From: a virus
Length of the DNA stretch: 16,920 bases
Virus record (IMG/VR): IMGVR_UViG_3300034073_003048
Strand: one strand, 5' to 3'
Within the stretch, counting starts at the first letter, position 1. Each line of letters begins with the position of its first letter. The notes beneath the pieces are model-generated. The model worked only from the letters and a program-made list of their open reading frames with translations, did not search any database and was not told the origin of the DNA. The translations under genes and the position numbers were made by a program. Shown piece by piece: positions 1 to 7,154 of the stretch.

Positions 1-127
1 CCATGCTGATCCGCTCGACGCTGCTGTCGGCATCCTCGCCCGTCGACGTGCCCGACGCCCGCGTCACGCACGGCTACCGCCTGCAGTCGAGCATCCTGCC
101 CGCCGTGACCTTCGAGGTGGCGTCGAC
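1..127. repeat. Exact 127-bp terminal direct repeat, copy 1 (identical to 16794..16920); circularisation overlap
   Basis: Base-by-base comparison: ccatgctgatccgctcgacg...ttcgaggtggcgtcgac occurs at both window ends. The repeat lies inside a CDS. Confidence 0.97.
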
Positions 128-380
128 TGCGCTGGCGACCATCGGCGCCATGCGCGAGTCGGAACTGACGGTCACCTGCATATGCGACACCACGGTGGAT
201 GCCAGCGCGCTCGTCGACTACATCGAGGCGAGCGTGCTTGACACGGGCACCTACGACACCATCGACATCCACGCGCTCGTCGTGAGGTCGAAGACCGTGG
301 CGGCGCCTACCGCCGGGCTCGGCGACGAGCAGGAACCCGCCACCGCAACCCTCACCGTAACCGTTCACTGGGAGCCCTGA
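1..380 (+). CDS. Same tail terminator/completion gene, C-terminal part (5' end at 16766)
   Basis: ORF 3..380 has high GC3. Its stop at 378..380 is followed 1 nt later by the ATG of the major tail gene. Confidence 0.55.
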   Translation, partial: MLIRSTLLSASSPVDVPDARVTHGYRLQSSILPAVTFEVASTALATIGAMRESELTVTCICDTTVDASALVDYIEASVLDTGTYDTIDIHALVVRSKTVAAPTAGLGDEQEPATATLTVTVHWEP

Positions 381-381
381 T

Positions 382-765
382 ATGGCCGTCTACAACACAT
401 CCGGATGCACGCTCTCCGTCGGCGGCACCGCTCTCGCCAACCTCATCGACGCCACGGTCGAGCTCTCCATCGAGACCATCGACGTGACCGAGATCGGCAA
501 CCTGGACCGCAAGTACATCGCGGGCATCCGCACGGGAACCATCTCGGGCAACATCTTCTACGACCAGAACAACGCGCAGATCGCCGCGCTAGAGGCAGCG
601 GTCAAGTCTGGATCGACCGTGGCATTCGTGTTTACCCTGCACAACGCCGCCACCTACACCGCAAACGCGATCATCACCAGCTTCTCGCCGAACATCGCGG
701 TCGCGGACGTGGTCCGCGCGTCGTTCTCCGCGCAGATCACGGGCGAGGTCACCATCAGTGCCTGA
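382..765 (+). CDS. Major tail (tube) protein, small TP901-1/phi13/GTA-like type (127 aa)
   Basis: The pattern ...IETIDVTEIGNLDRKYIAGIRTGTISGNIFYD...YTANAIITSF...ASFSAQITGEVTI is typical of short siphovirus tube proteins. It lies directly upstream of the chaperone and tape measure genes. Confidence 0.7.
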   Translation: MAVYNTSGCTLSVGGTALANLIDATVELSIETIDVTEIGNLDRKYIAGIRTGTISGNIFYDQNNAQIAALEAAVKSGSTVAFVFTLHNAATYTANAIITSFSPNIAVADVVRASFSAQITGEVTISA

Positions 766-1042
766 CATCCGCGCCATCCTGAGCCTGCAGCCCATCGAGG
801 CCGAGTGGTCCGGCTGCAGGTTCCGCATCTCGCGGCCGACGCTGGCGGATCTCGTCGAGGCGGTCGACGTGAACGCGAAGAGCCCCGAGAACGCGCGCGC
901 GTGGTGCCTGTACCGGCACTGCCAGGACACGGATGGAAAGCCGCTGTTCGCCGACGTGGCCGACGCCATGGCGGCGCCGGCGGGATTCGCTGCCAAGGTG
1001 GTCCCGCAGATCGAGGCGTTGTACAACGAAGGGGTGGACTAG
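758..1042 (+). CDS. Tail assembly chaperone (gpG-like), 94 aa
   Basis: The GTG start overlaps the upstream stop (GTGCCTGA). It occupies the canonical position between the tube protein and the tape measure. The call is mainly positional. Confidence 0.5.
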   Translation: MPDIRAILSLQPIEAEWSGCRFRISRPTLADLVEAVDVNAKSPENARAWCLYRHCQDTDGKPLFADVADAMAAPAGFAAKVVPQIEALYNEGVD

Positions 1043-1171
1043 GCCGGGACGCGCGCGCGCTGCTCGCGCGTGTCCTGAGGAACAGGCGTGCAGCACCATG
1101 GGAGCGCTCGGTACTTGAGCTCATCATCGAGCTCGACGTGCCGGACTACAAGGCGATCAGGAGAAGGCTCG

Positions 1172-1792
1172 ATGAACTCGGCAACACTGGAGTTTCGCCC
1201 AAACCCGCAGGACATCATCCGAATCCAAAACGCCCTGGGCCAATTCGAGGTCAAGGTGCAGGACCAGATCGCGCGGAAGGCGCTGCGGGCGTATGCCAAG
1301 GACGTGATACGGGCGGCACGCGCCCACACGCCGATCAGGAACGGCTACACCGTCACCAGTCTGGCCTCGAAAGTCAAGGCATGGCCTAACGGCATGGCAT
1401 GGGCCGCCATCAATTACAAGGGGCTCGGCCGGAAGCAGAGCAGCGCCACGGGCGCCGGCCGCCTGCGCAGGAAGCAGTACGACGCCGAGGGCGTGGGGTG
1501 GCGCACCCATTTCACCGAACTCGGTTTCCATTCCTGGCCGAAGACTCGAATCAACCTGAGGCGCGGAGTCGAGGGCGGTGGCGGCAAGGGGTGGAAGAAG
1601 GGCCAATACCACCGCGGCAGCGGCCAGTACCACCGCGGCACCATGGCCACCGTGATCGCGCAGACCGCGATGACGGGCAGGCTTATTCCCCACCTTCAGG
1701 CGGCGATCCGTGACGCGATGATCCAGGTCGAGAAGGGCAAGGGCGCGCAGCCACCGCAGAAGGCGCGCCGGATCTCGCTGGAGGCTGCATGA
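1172..1792 (+). CDS. HK97 gp10-family head-tail protein with a Gly/basic insertion (206 aa)
   Basis: ATG 1172 is preceded by AGGAG. The motifs ...KALRAYAKDVIRAARAHTPIRNGYTVTSL... and ...HFTELGF... resemble the gp10-family signature (kaa..v...ak..aP..tG.L..si, EfGT). The longer ORF starting at 1088 has poor GC3 in its upstream part. Confidence 0.5.
   Translation: MNSATLEFRPNPQDIIRIQNALGQFEVKVQDQIARKALRAYAKDVIRAARAHTPIRNGYTVTSLASKVKAWPNGMAWAAINYKGLGRKQSSATGAGRLRRKQYDAEGVGWRTHFTELGFHSWPKTRINLRRGVEGGGGKGWKKGQYHRGSGQYHRGTMATVIAQTAMTGRLIPHLQAAIRDAMIQVEKGKGAQPPQKARRISLEAA
1601..1642 (+). repeat. In-frame 21-bp tandem duplication (2 copies, 2 mismatches) encoding GQYHRGS/GQYHRGT
   Basis: ggccaataccaccgcggcagc (1601..1621) is followed directly by ggccagtaccaccgcggcacc (1622..1642). 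Confidence 0.9.
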
Positions 1793-2466
1793 AACTGCCG
1801 ACGATGAATGTTGACGTCAAGGTCAACACGAAGAACATGCAGCGCGATCTGGAGAACGCGAAGAAGCAGATGCGCGCCGTCGGCAAGCAGGGACTCGCGG
1901 CGGCCGGCGGAACTTTCGGCAAGCTCGGAGCCTTCTCGGGTGTCGGCGGCAGCCTGGGCGGACTCGCGCTCGGCGCGGGAGCCGGCGGACTCGCCATCGC
2001 GGCGCCGTTCATGATCGCGGGCAAGATCGTCGACAACTTCGCCACGACGATGAAGACCGCAGAGCAGACGCTGCAGGAATTCTCGACAAGCGGCAAGATC
2101 ACTACCGGGATGCTGTTGACGCAGGCGGCCGCATTGCTGCAGGCCCGCGAGGAAGGCGGAATGGGAAGGACCGGCGCAGGCTTCTTCGGCGGTTTCGGTC
2201 AGGGTTTCGCCGCAGGCGGCGCCGGTGGCCCCATGAATGAATCGGCCGAATGGCTGTCGAAGCAGGCGACATGGTTCGGCACGCTGCTCGGAGGCGCCAT
2301 CGGCGGCATCGGCGGCGGATCGGCCGAGGAGATCATCCGTCAGGCAGATCTCAGCATCGCGCAGTCGGAGGAAGAGGCGCGCGCGTTGTTCGAGCCGCAC
2401 GAACTGAAGCGGCTGGAGGCGATCATGGCGCAGTTCGCCAAGCAGCAGCGGGAGGCCACCACATGA
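1789..2466 (+). CDS. Tail tape measure protein, unusually short (225 aa)
   Basis: ATGA overlap with the upstream gene, and GGAGG upstream. It has helical ends plus central Gly/Ala-rich hydrophobic stretches (GGLALGAGAGGLAIAAPFMIAG, FFGGFGQGFAAGGAGG), and lies downstream of the chaperone. Confidence 0.65.
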   Translation: MKLPTMNVDVKVNTKNMQRDLENAKKQMRAVGKQGLAAAGGTFGKLGAFSGVGGSLGGLALGAGAGGLAIAAPFMIAGKIVDNFATTMKTAEQTLQEFSTSGKITTGMLLTQAAALLQAREEGGMGRTGAGFFGGFGQGFAAGGAGGPMNESAEWLSKQATWFGTLLGGAIGGIGGGSAEEIIRQADLSIAQSEEEARALFEPHELKRLEAIMAQFAKQQREATT

Positions 2467-3404
2467 TCGAATCAGACGATTACCGCGCATACCTCAGGGG
2501 CACGACCGCCAACCAGGGCGACATCTGGGACGTGCACACGATCACCGAGCGATGGCAGGTCGAGAAGACCGTGCTGAACGGCGCCGGCGTGGTCGAGGTC
2601 GGACCTCTTGAACCCCATTCGATCATCTACGACGCCACGCAGGGCGGCCCCGTCATCAAGAACATCGGCGAGCAGTACGGCGCGGGCACCGACTGGATGT
2701 CGGGCGCCCTGGTGCGTCGGCTGAGCTGGGGCCTGCCCGAGGGCAACAAGATTACCGTGGACGTGGAGTATTCAACGCGCTACTTCGAGAGCAAGTACGC
2801 GAAGGGCATGGGCCCGGCTGAGGAGTCGATTGAGAATGCCGTGGTGCTCGACCAAGGGCTCTTCCTGCCCTGCATGGTCATCCCGACCTTCCGCACGCGG
2901 TCGATGAAGATGTACCGCGACAACCCCGGGATGACCGGGCCGAACGCGACCAACAACCTAAGCACGTCCGACATCGGCGGCATCCAGAAGGTGCGCGACA
3001 TCGACGTGCGGCAGACGGCGCTCCGGCTGCGGTTCGTGGTCGACGTGAACAGCGGCGGAATCGACTACCTCACCGGCGTGCTGCAGGCGTACGTCGGGAA
3101 GAAGAACTCGGACGCCTTCCTAGGCTACGGCGCGCAGAACCTCATTTGCGACGGCGCCGCCATCAACCATCTGGAGCACGAATTCTACGAGGTGGTCATC
3201 GACTACCTGTACGACGAGTATTTCCATCATTCGCAGATCCTGCAGATGGACAACGACGGCAAGCCCCGCATGAACGGCGACGACTACGCCGACGTGCGCT
3301 GGGCCCGCGAGGAGCGCACGGCCGTGGCGTTCAACGACATCTGGCCGACGGGCGCGCTCGGCGAGAGCATGAAGTACCAGGCGTTCATGGGGGTCTGGTA
3401 CTGA
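2463..3404 (+). CDS. Hypothetical tail-tip/baseplate protein (313 aa; distal-tail position)
   Basis: ATGA overlap with the tape measure stop, GGGAGG upstream, high GC3. No motif recognised, so the function is positional only. Confidence 0.55.
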   Translation: MIESDDYRAYLRGTTANQGDIWDVHTITERWQVEKTVLNGAGVVEVGPLEPHSIIYDATQGGPVIKNIGEQYGAGTDWMSGALVRRLSWGLPEGNKITVDVEYSTRYFESKYAKGMGPAEESIENAVVLDQGLFLPCMVIPTFRTRSMKMYRDNPGMTGPNATNNLSTSDIGGIQKVRDIDVRQTALRLRFVVDVNSGGIDYLTGVLQAYVGKKNSDAFLGYGAQNLICDGAAINHLEHEFYEVVIDYLYDEYFHHSQILQMDNDGKPRMNGDDYADVRWAREERTAVAFNDIWPTGALGESMKYQAFMGVWY

Positions 3405-4039
3405 TGTACCGCAACCAGTACACCTTCCGCCGCGAGAAGGACCTCGACCGCGCCGCGCGGTTCCGCGAGGAGCCCGCCGGCATCGAGACCCAGCTCATGA
3501 AGGTGACGGAGGCGACCGCCCTGGCGTCGGGCGGTCCGTTCCGGTGGCTGTACACGCTCTACTTCGCCGAGATCGCCGGCAGCCCGAACTACCTGCCGCA
3601 GCTCAGGGCGAACACCTATCCGAACATCGGTTTCTCCGTGTCGGAACTGTCCAACACGGGCAGCTACTACAGCTACGGCGTGGCGAACGGCAACATCCCC
3701 GCCGGCTACCAACCGCGTCAGATCCCGCTGAATACGTACGTACTGGCGGTGCCCCACCGCGCGCAGACGGGAACGCTGTACTGGCTCATCGTCAACACGC
3801 AGGCCATCGACGGCACGTGCGAGGCGCCTCTTGTGGGCGACACGGACTACGGTACGCTTCTGATGCCGACGGCGCTCGATGACGAGTACGGCACCTTCGA
3901 CGCGCCCGAGGGCGACACGGACTACGGCACGATCAACCTCAGCGACTACGGCACGTTCGCCAACCCGACCAACGACGCCGACTACCAGACGATCACGAAC
4001 CCATACACCAATACGGTCGATTACGGAGCACTGGTCTAA
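3404..4039 (+). CDS. Minor tail protein with C-terminal (D/E)YG(T) repeats (211 aa)
   Basis: TGATG overlap at the start. The C-terminus reads GDTDYGTLL..DEYGTF..GDTDYGTIN..SDYGTF..DADYQTI..VDYGAL. Confidence 0.55.
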   Translation: MYRNQYTFRREKDLDRAARFREEPAGIETQLMKVTEATALASGGPFRWLYTLYFAEIAGSPNYLPQLRANTYPNIGFSVSELSNTGSYYSYGVANGNIPAGYQPRQIPLNTYVLAVPHRAQTGTLYWLIVNTQAIDGTCEAPLVGDTDYGTLLMPTALDDEYGTFDAPEGDTDYGTINLSDYGTFANPTNDADYQTITNPYTNTVDYGALV

Positions 4040-4962
4040 TGCCTCTCAAGCTACGCCGCGGAACCAACGCCGACAGGACGGGGATCACGCCCGCCGAGGG
4101 CGAGCCGATCTACACCACCGACACGAAGAAGCTCTACGTGGGCGACGGCACCACCGCCGGCGGCACCGAGATCGGCGGCGGCGGCACGCTCACCGTCGAC
4201 ACGCAGGACTTCACCGCGTCGGGCACCTGGACGAAGCCCGCGAACGCGCTGTGGGTCGAGGTGACCATGTGCGGGGCGGGTACCAATGGAGCGACGGGCT
4301 CGACTGGCGCAGGCGGTTCGGGAGGAAACGCCGGGCGGATCGCGCAGAAAACATTCCTGGCAAGCGCGCTCGGTTCCACGGTTTCCGTCACCTGCGGAGC
4401 ACCCGACGATCTCTACAGCCCTAGCAGCGGTTCCGTTTCCTCATTCGGCACGCATCTCTACGCAGCAGGCGGTGCCAACGGCATTGACCTGTATGGCGGC
4501 AGCACGCCTGAGTTTGTTTCCATTCAGGAGAACATGGGCGCTACTGGCGGTTTTGGGATGTTTGGCACTGGAGGAAATCCCGGACTTGCGGGACACCACG
4601 GAGCCCCAATGGGACCGGCAGCCGGCGGCGGTGGCGCGACATCTGGCGCTGGCGCCGCGGGTGGTTTGGCTGCAACGGGCAACGTGACTTCAGGCAACGC
4701 AATTGCATACGGCGGCGGCGGCGCGGGCGGCGCAAGTGGCACGACGGGTGTCGCGGGCACCGCGGGCGGATACGACACGATCACGGGCTTCGGCCACGGC
4801 GGCGGCGGCGGCGGGCAGGGCACCGCGGGCGCAGGCGGCGCCGGCGGCGCGGGCGTCCGTGGCGGCGGCGGTGGTGGCGGTGGCAAGGGCACGACCGCGG
4901 GCGGCGCCGGTGGCGCCGGCGGCGCGGGATTCGTGCGGGTTCGCACCCTTTGCTTCGGATGA
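4039..4962 (+). CDS. Tail fibre/receptor-binding protein: conserved fibre N-terminal motif plus a glycine-rich domain (307 aa)
   Basis: The N-terminus LKLRRGTNADRTGITPAEGEPIYTTDTKKLYVGDGTTAGG matches the widespread fibre/Mtd-N/HylP-type motif. It is followed by FTASGTWTKPANALWVEVTMCGAGTNG... and long GGxGGAGG tracts. Confidence 0.7.
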   Translation: MPLKLRRGTNADRTGITPAEGEPIYTTDTKKLYVGDGTTAGGTEIGGGGTLTVDTQDFTASGTWTKPANALWVEVTMCGAGTNGATGSTGAGGSGGNAGRIAQKTFLASALGSTVSVTCGAPDDLYSPSSGSVSSFGTHLYAAGGANGIDLYGGSTPEFVSIQENMGATGGFGMFGTGGNPGLAGHHGAPMGPAAGGGGATSGAGAAGGLAATGNVTSGNAIAYGGGGAGGASGTTGVAGTAGGYDTITGFGHGGGGGGQGTAGAGGAGGAGVRGGGGGGGGKGTTAGGAGGAGGAGFVRVRTLCFG

Positions 4963-4965
4963 TCC

Positions 4966-5316
4966 ATGGCACACCCAACGGACAACCCCCAGCGCGACAT
5001 CATCATCGAGAGCGGCAGCACGTTCACCATGGTGGTTACCTGGACGGGCAACGTCTCAGGCCAGAGTTTCGCCATGAAGGGACGCCCTTCCCATGGCAGC
5101 AGCACGGTCGTATTCGAACTGTCGACCCTCGAGGGCGACATTTCCGCTACCCATAGCGGCGGTGAAACCACCATCACCGTCACCATGGCCGCGACCGTCA
5201 CCGCCGGATTCACGGCGCCCCAGTACGGCGTCTACGACCTCGAGGCCACCCTGAGCGGCGTCACGACGCGCATCGCCGAGGGCACCTTCTACGTCACCCC
5301 CAACGCAACCAGATAA
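4966..5316 (+). CDS. Hypothetical beta-rich (Ig-like?) virion protein (116 aa)
   Basis: High GC3. The pattern ...YGVYDLEATLSGVTTRIAEGTFYVTPNAT is common in small phage beta-sandwich domains. It lies next to the fibre gene. Confidence 0.55.
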   Translation: MAHPTDNPQRDIIIESGSTFTMVVTWTGNVSGQSFAMKGRPSHGSSTVVFELSTLEGDISATHSGGETTITVTMAATVTAGFTAPQYGVYDLEATLSGVTTRIAEGTFYVTPNATR

Positions 5317-5625
5317 ATGGCCAAAGAACCAACGCCTACAGGAGGAACAGTGGCACGCTCATCTCTCATCGGAAACGTCTCGGCACCCGTCAGTACGGGC
5401 AGCTTCGCGCAGGTCTCGGCGAATAACGTGGCCGGCGGCGGCACGCTCTACATGGCGGCGACGGCCAACGTTGTCATCCGTTTCTCCACGGATGGTGGAA
5501 CCACGTTCCAGGAGATGACCGTCCTGTCGGCGTGGGGGCCCATCGTCCTGGGCGACATCGATCCCCGTTACATCTACGTCCGCAGCGCCGGCACCGCGAC
5601 CACCGCGCACTTCTGGTACGCCTGA
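5317..5625 (+). CDS. Hypothetical protein (102 aa; alternative GTG start at 5350)
   Basis: ATG 5317 abuts the upstream TAA. However, an in-frame GTG at 5350 has a strong AGGAGG at 5340..5345, so the start is uncertain. Confidence 0.6.
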   Translation: MAKEPTPTGGTVARSSLIGNVSAPVSTGSFAQVSANNVAGGGTLYMAATANVVIRFSTDGGTTFQEMTVLSAWGPIVLGDIDPRYIYVRSAGTATTAHFWYA

Positions 5626-5626
5626 G

Positions 5627-5809
5627 ATGGATGTAGCAACGCTCGCCGGCGCCCTGGGCATCATCGCGTCCGTGGTCACGACCACGATGGTTGTCGTTGG
5701 CAAGCTGACGCGCGTCGAGGTCATGCTCGCCGAGCTGCGCGCGACGATGAACCACTACGACAAGAGGCTCGCCGACCTCGAAAGGAAGCACCATGAAAGG
5801 CAACCGTAA
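5627..5809 (+). CDS. Small membrane protein: N-terminal TM helix plus charged coiled-coil tail (60 aa); lysis-associated (i-spanin-like or holin-like) candidate
   Basis: VATLAGALGIIASVVTTTMVVVG is followed by KLTRVEVMLAELRATMNHYDKRLADLERKHHERQP. Confidence 0.5.
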   Translation: MDVATLAGALGIIASVVTTTMVVVGKLTRVEVMLAELRATMNHYDKRLADLERKHHERQP

Positions 5810-5960
5810 GACCACCCTCGCCGGCATCGCCGCCATCCTGACCGCCGCGGCGGGCATCCTGAACGGGTGGCCCGACGCCGTCGACTGGACCGCGGCCGTC
5901 TCGGCGATCATCGCCGGCGTCGGCCTGATCATGGCGCGGGACGCCCAGAAGGGTGATTGA
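5793..5960 (+). CDS. Two-TM small membrane protein, holin-like (55 aa; below the ORF-track cutoff)
   Basis: Read by hand: the ATG is preceded by GAAAGGAAG. Translation: MKGNRKTTLAGIAAILTAAAGILNGWPDAVDWTAAVSAIIAGVGLIMARDAQKGD. It overlaps the previous gene by 17 nt and has high GC3. Confidence 0.5.
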   Translation: MKGNRKTTLAGIAAILTAAAGILNGWPDAVDWTAAVSAIIAGVGLIMARDAQKGD

Positions 5961-6232
5961 ACGTGTACTCACGGAAATCGCGGTCGCCATCCTGCGGCAC
6001 TACGCGCGGCGCGAGCGCGCCGTCGACGCCGACACGGATGGCCGCCGCGCTCGCGCTGCCGCTGCTGTGCGCGAGTGGCTGCGGAGAAACGGTCCTGGTG
6101 AGGCGGGGGACGCCGGTCAGGATCGCTGAGCCCGTCCACGTCTACACGCTCGAAGGCGGCGAGTGGGTGCGCAGCGCGAACCGCGTCGACGTGCGCGGTT
6201 GGTACGCCGTGAGCCCCGAGGAAGTCGAGTGA
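5957..6232 (+). CDS. Putative secreted lipoprotein (o-spanin-like or exclusion-type); start at TTG 5957 or ATG 6038
   Basis: ...TRMAAALALPLLCASGCGE... has a hydrophobic core followed by an ASGC lipobox-like site. TTG 5957 forms a TTGA overlap with the upstream stop. GC3 is very high from 6038 onward. Confidence 0.5.
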   Translation: MNVYSRKSRSPSCGTTRGASAPSTPTRMAAALALPLLCASGCGETVLVRRGTPVRIAEPVHVYTLEGGEWVRSANRVDVRGWYAVSPEEVE

Positions 6233-6909
6233 GCACGTCGCGGTGCTGCTGCGGCGGCGGCGGCCTGCCGGCCTGCGGCGAGTGCCCGTGCAGCGCCAAC
6301 ATCTACAGCGTGCGTTGGTCGGGATCGTACGATCTCATCGACGCGAATCTCTGCCCCGCGTGCGGCAGCAGCAATGTCTTCCGCGCGCCCAACACCACGC
6401 ATTCCGATGGCGCCACGCGCGTGTTGTCCCCCATCGGCATTGGCACGTGCCGCGATGTCTACGCCGAGTATTCCAAGATCCATCCGCAGTACACGCCGCC
6501 TGCATTCTGCAGCGGTTCCTGCACTGGGCCGCAGAACAGTCAAACCAGATCCACCTACACACTGATCAAGCCAGATCAGTTCACTGGAACAAACAACGAC
6601 ATAAACCGATGCGAGTGGCAGGCGAGGTTGGTACTGGCGCAGACGCGTTCCGTCAATTGTTTGTTGACTCCGGTTATCAATGGGTTGTGGAGTCTGGTGG
6701 GACTTTTCCGAAAGGACTACGTGTCGTGCGCAGCTCCTGGCGCCCTGGTGTTCGAAAGGTTTGTGTGGATAACCACCGACGGCAATTTCCAGACGGTGGA
6801 ACTTGCATACAACCCCGGTGATCTGATCGTGCGAGCGGGATGCAACTTTGGCAATAGTGTCGCATACGCCAACATCTACGCCACCGCGGGAACGCTGGAG
6901 ATCCTGTGA
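6229..6909 (+). CDS. Cysteine-rich hypothetical protein (226 aa, 15 Cys), N-terminal CCCGGGG...CGECPC...CPAC cluster; compositionally atypical
   Basis: GTGA overlap at the start. The frame stays open although GC falls to about 47-60% per 60-nt line across 6540..6900, against a clearly higher background. Confidence 0.65.
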   Translation: MSTSRCCCGGGGLPACGECPCSANIYSVRWSGSYDLIDANLCPACGSSNVFRAPNTTHSDGATRVLSPIGIGTCRDVYAEYSKIHPQYTPPAFCSGSCTGPQNSQTRSTYTLIKPDQFTGTNNDINRCEWQARLVLAQTRSVNCLLTPVINGLWSLVGLFRKDYVSCAAPGALVFERFVWITTDGNFQTVELAYNPGDLIVRAGCNFGNSVAYANIYATAGTLEIL

Positions 6910-7154
6910 GCTGCCTGCGACTCGCCGACGGTTGGTGCACCGAGCCGCGCGCCATCGCGCACAGGATGCGCCCGTCACCGGGCGTGTGCAGCGTGTGCCC
7001 GCACTACGACGGCCCTGCGCGCGGGCTCGGGGACATCGTCCACACGGTCGCCAGGGCGACGGGCGTGGCGGCCGTGGTCGAGGCCGTGGCGCCCGACTGC
7101 GGGTGCCAGAAGCGCCGCGAGGCGCTCAACGAAAGATTTCCTAAAGCCCCTTGA
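6906..7154 (+). CDS. Small Cys-containing hypothetical protein (82 aa)
   Basis: GTGA overlap at the start. Motifs CSVCPHYDGPARGLGDIVH...DCGCQKRREALNERFP (a CxxC plus CxC pair). It is the last gene of the long rightward block. Confidence 0.55.
   Translation: MSCLRLADGWCTEPRAIAHRMRPSPGVCSVCPHYDGPARGLGDIVHTVARATGVAAVVEAVAPDCGCQKRREALNERFPKAP

Noticed and set aside
1-127. A true physical direct terminal repeat (T7-like DTR)
   Set aside because: The repeat lies inside a coding sequence, and joining the ends restores one gene. A length of 127 fits an assembler k-mer overlap. Sequence alone cannot fully exclude a DTR, so a read-coverage test is needed.
1088-1171. Upstream extension of the gp10-like ORF (GTG 1088, MQHHGSARYLSSSSSS..)
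   Set aside because: It has a poly-Ser low-complexity product and mediocre GC3. ATG 1172 has AGGAG upstream and gives a natural family N-terminus.
1198-1204. Canonical -1 slippery heptamer C CCA AAC in the zero frame of the gp10-like gene
   Set aside because: The -1 frame downstream (to 1389) has poor GC3 and gives a low-complexity Pro/Gly/His product. It lies only 9 codons into the gene, so it is most likely chance.
4600-4930. Repetitive ggcggcggc tracts considered as a possible CRISPR or tandem-repeat locus
   Set aside because: There is no repeat-spacer periodicity. The tracts are in frame within a continuous ORF and encode Gly/Ala runs.
4039-4962. A diversity-generating retroelement target, suggested by the Mtd-like N-terminal motif
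   Set aside because: The genome has no reverse transcriptase and no template-repeat copy of the fibre 3' end. The motif is widespread in non-DGR fibres.
4524-5213. 229-aa proline-rich minus-strand ORF
   Set aside because: It is the reverse complement of the GGN-rich fibre gene, where CCN codons give poly-Pro. This is an artefact of the glycine-rich coding tract.
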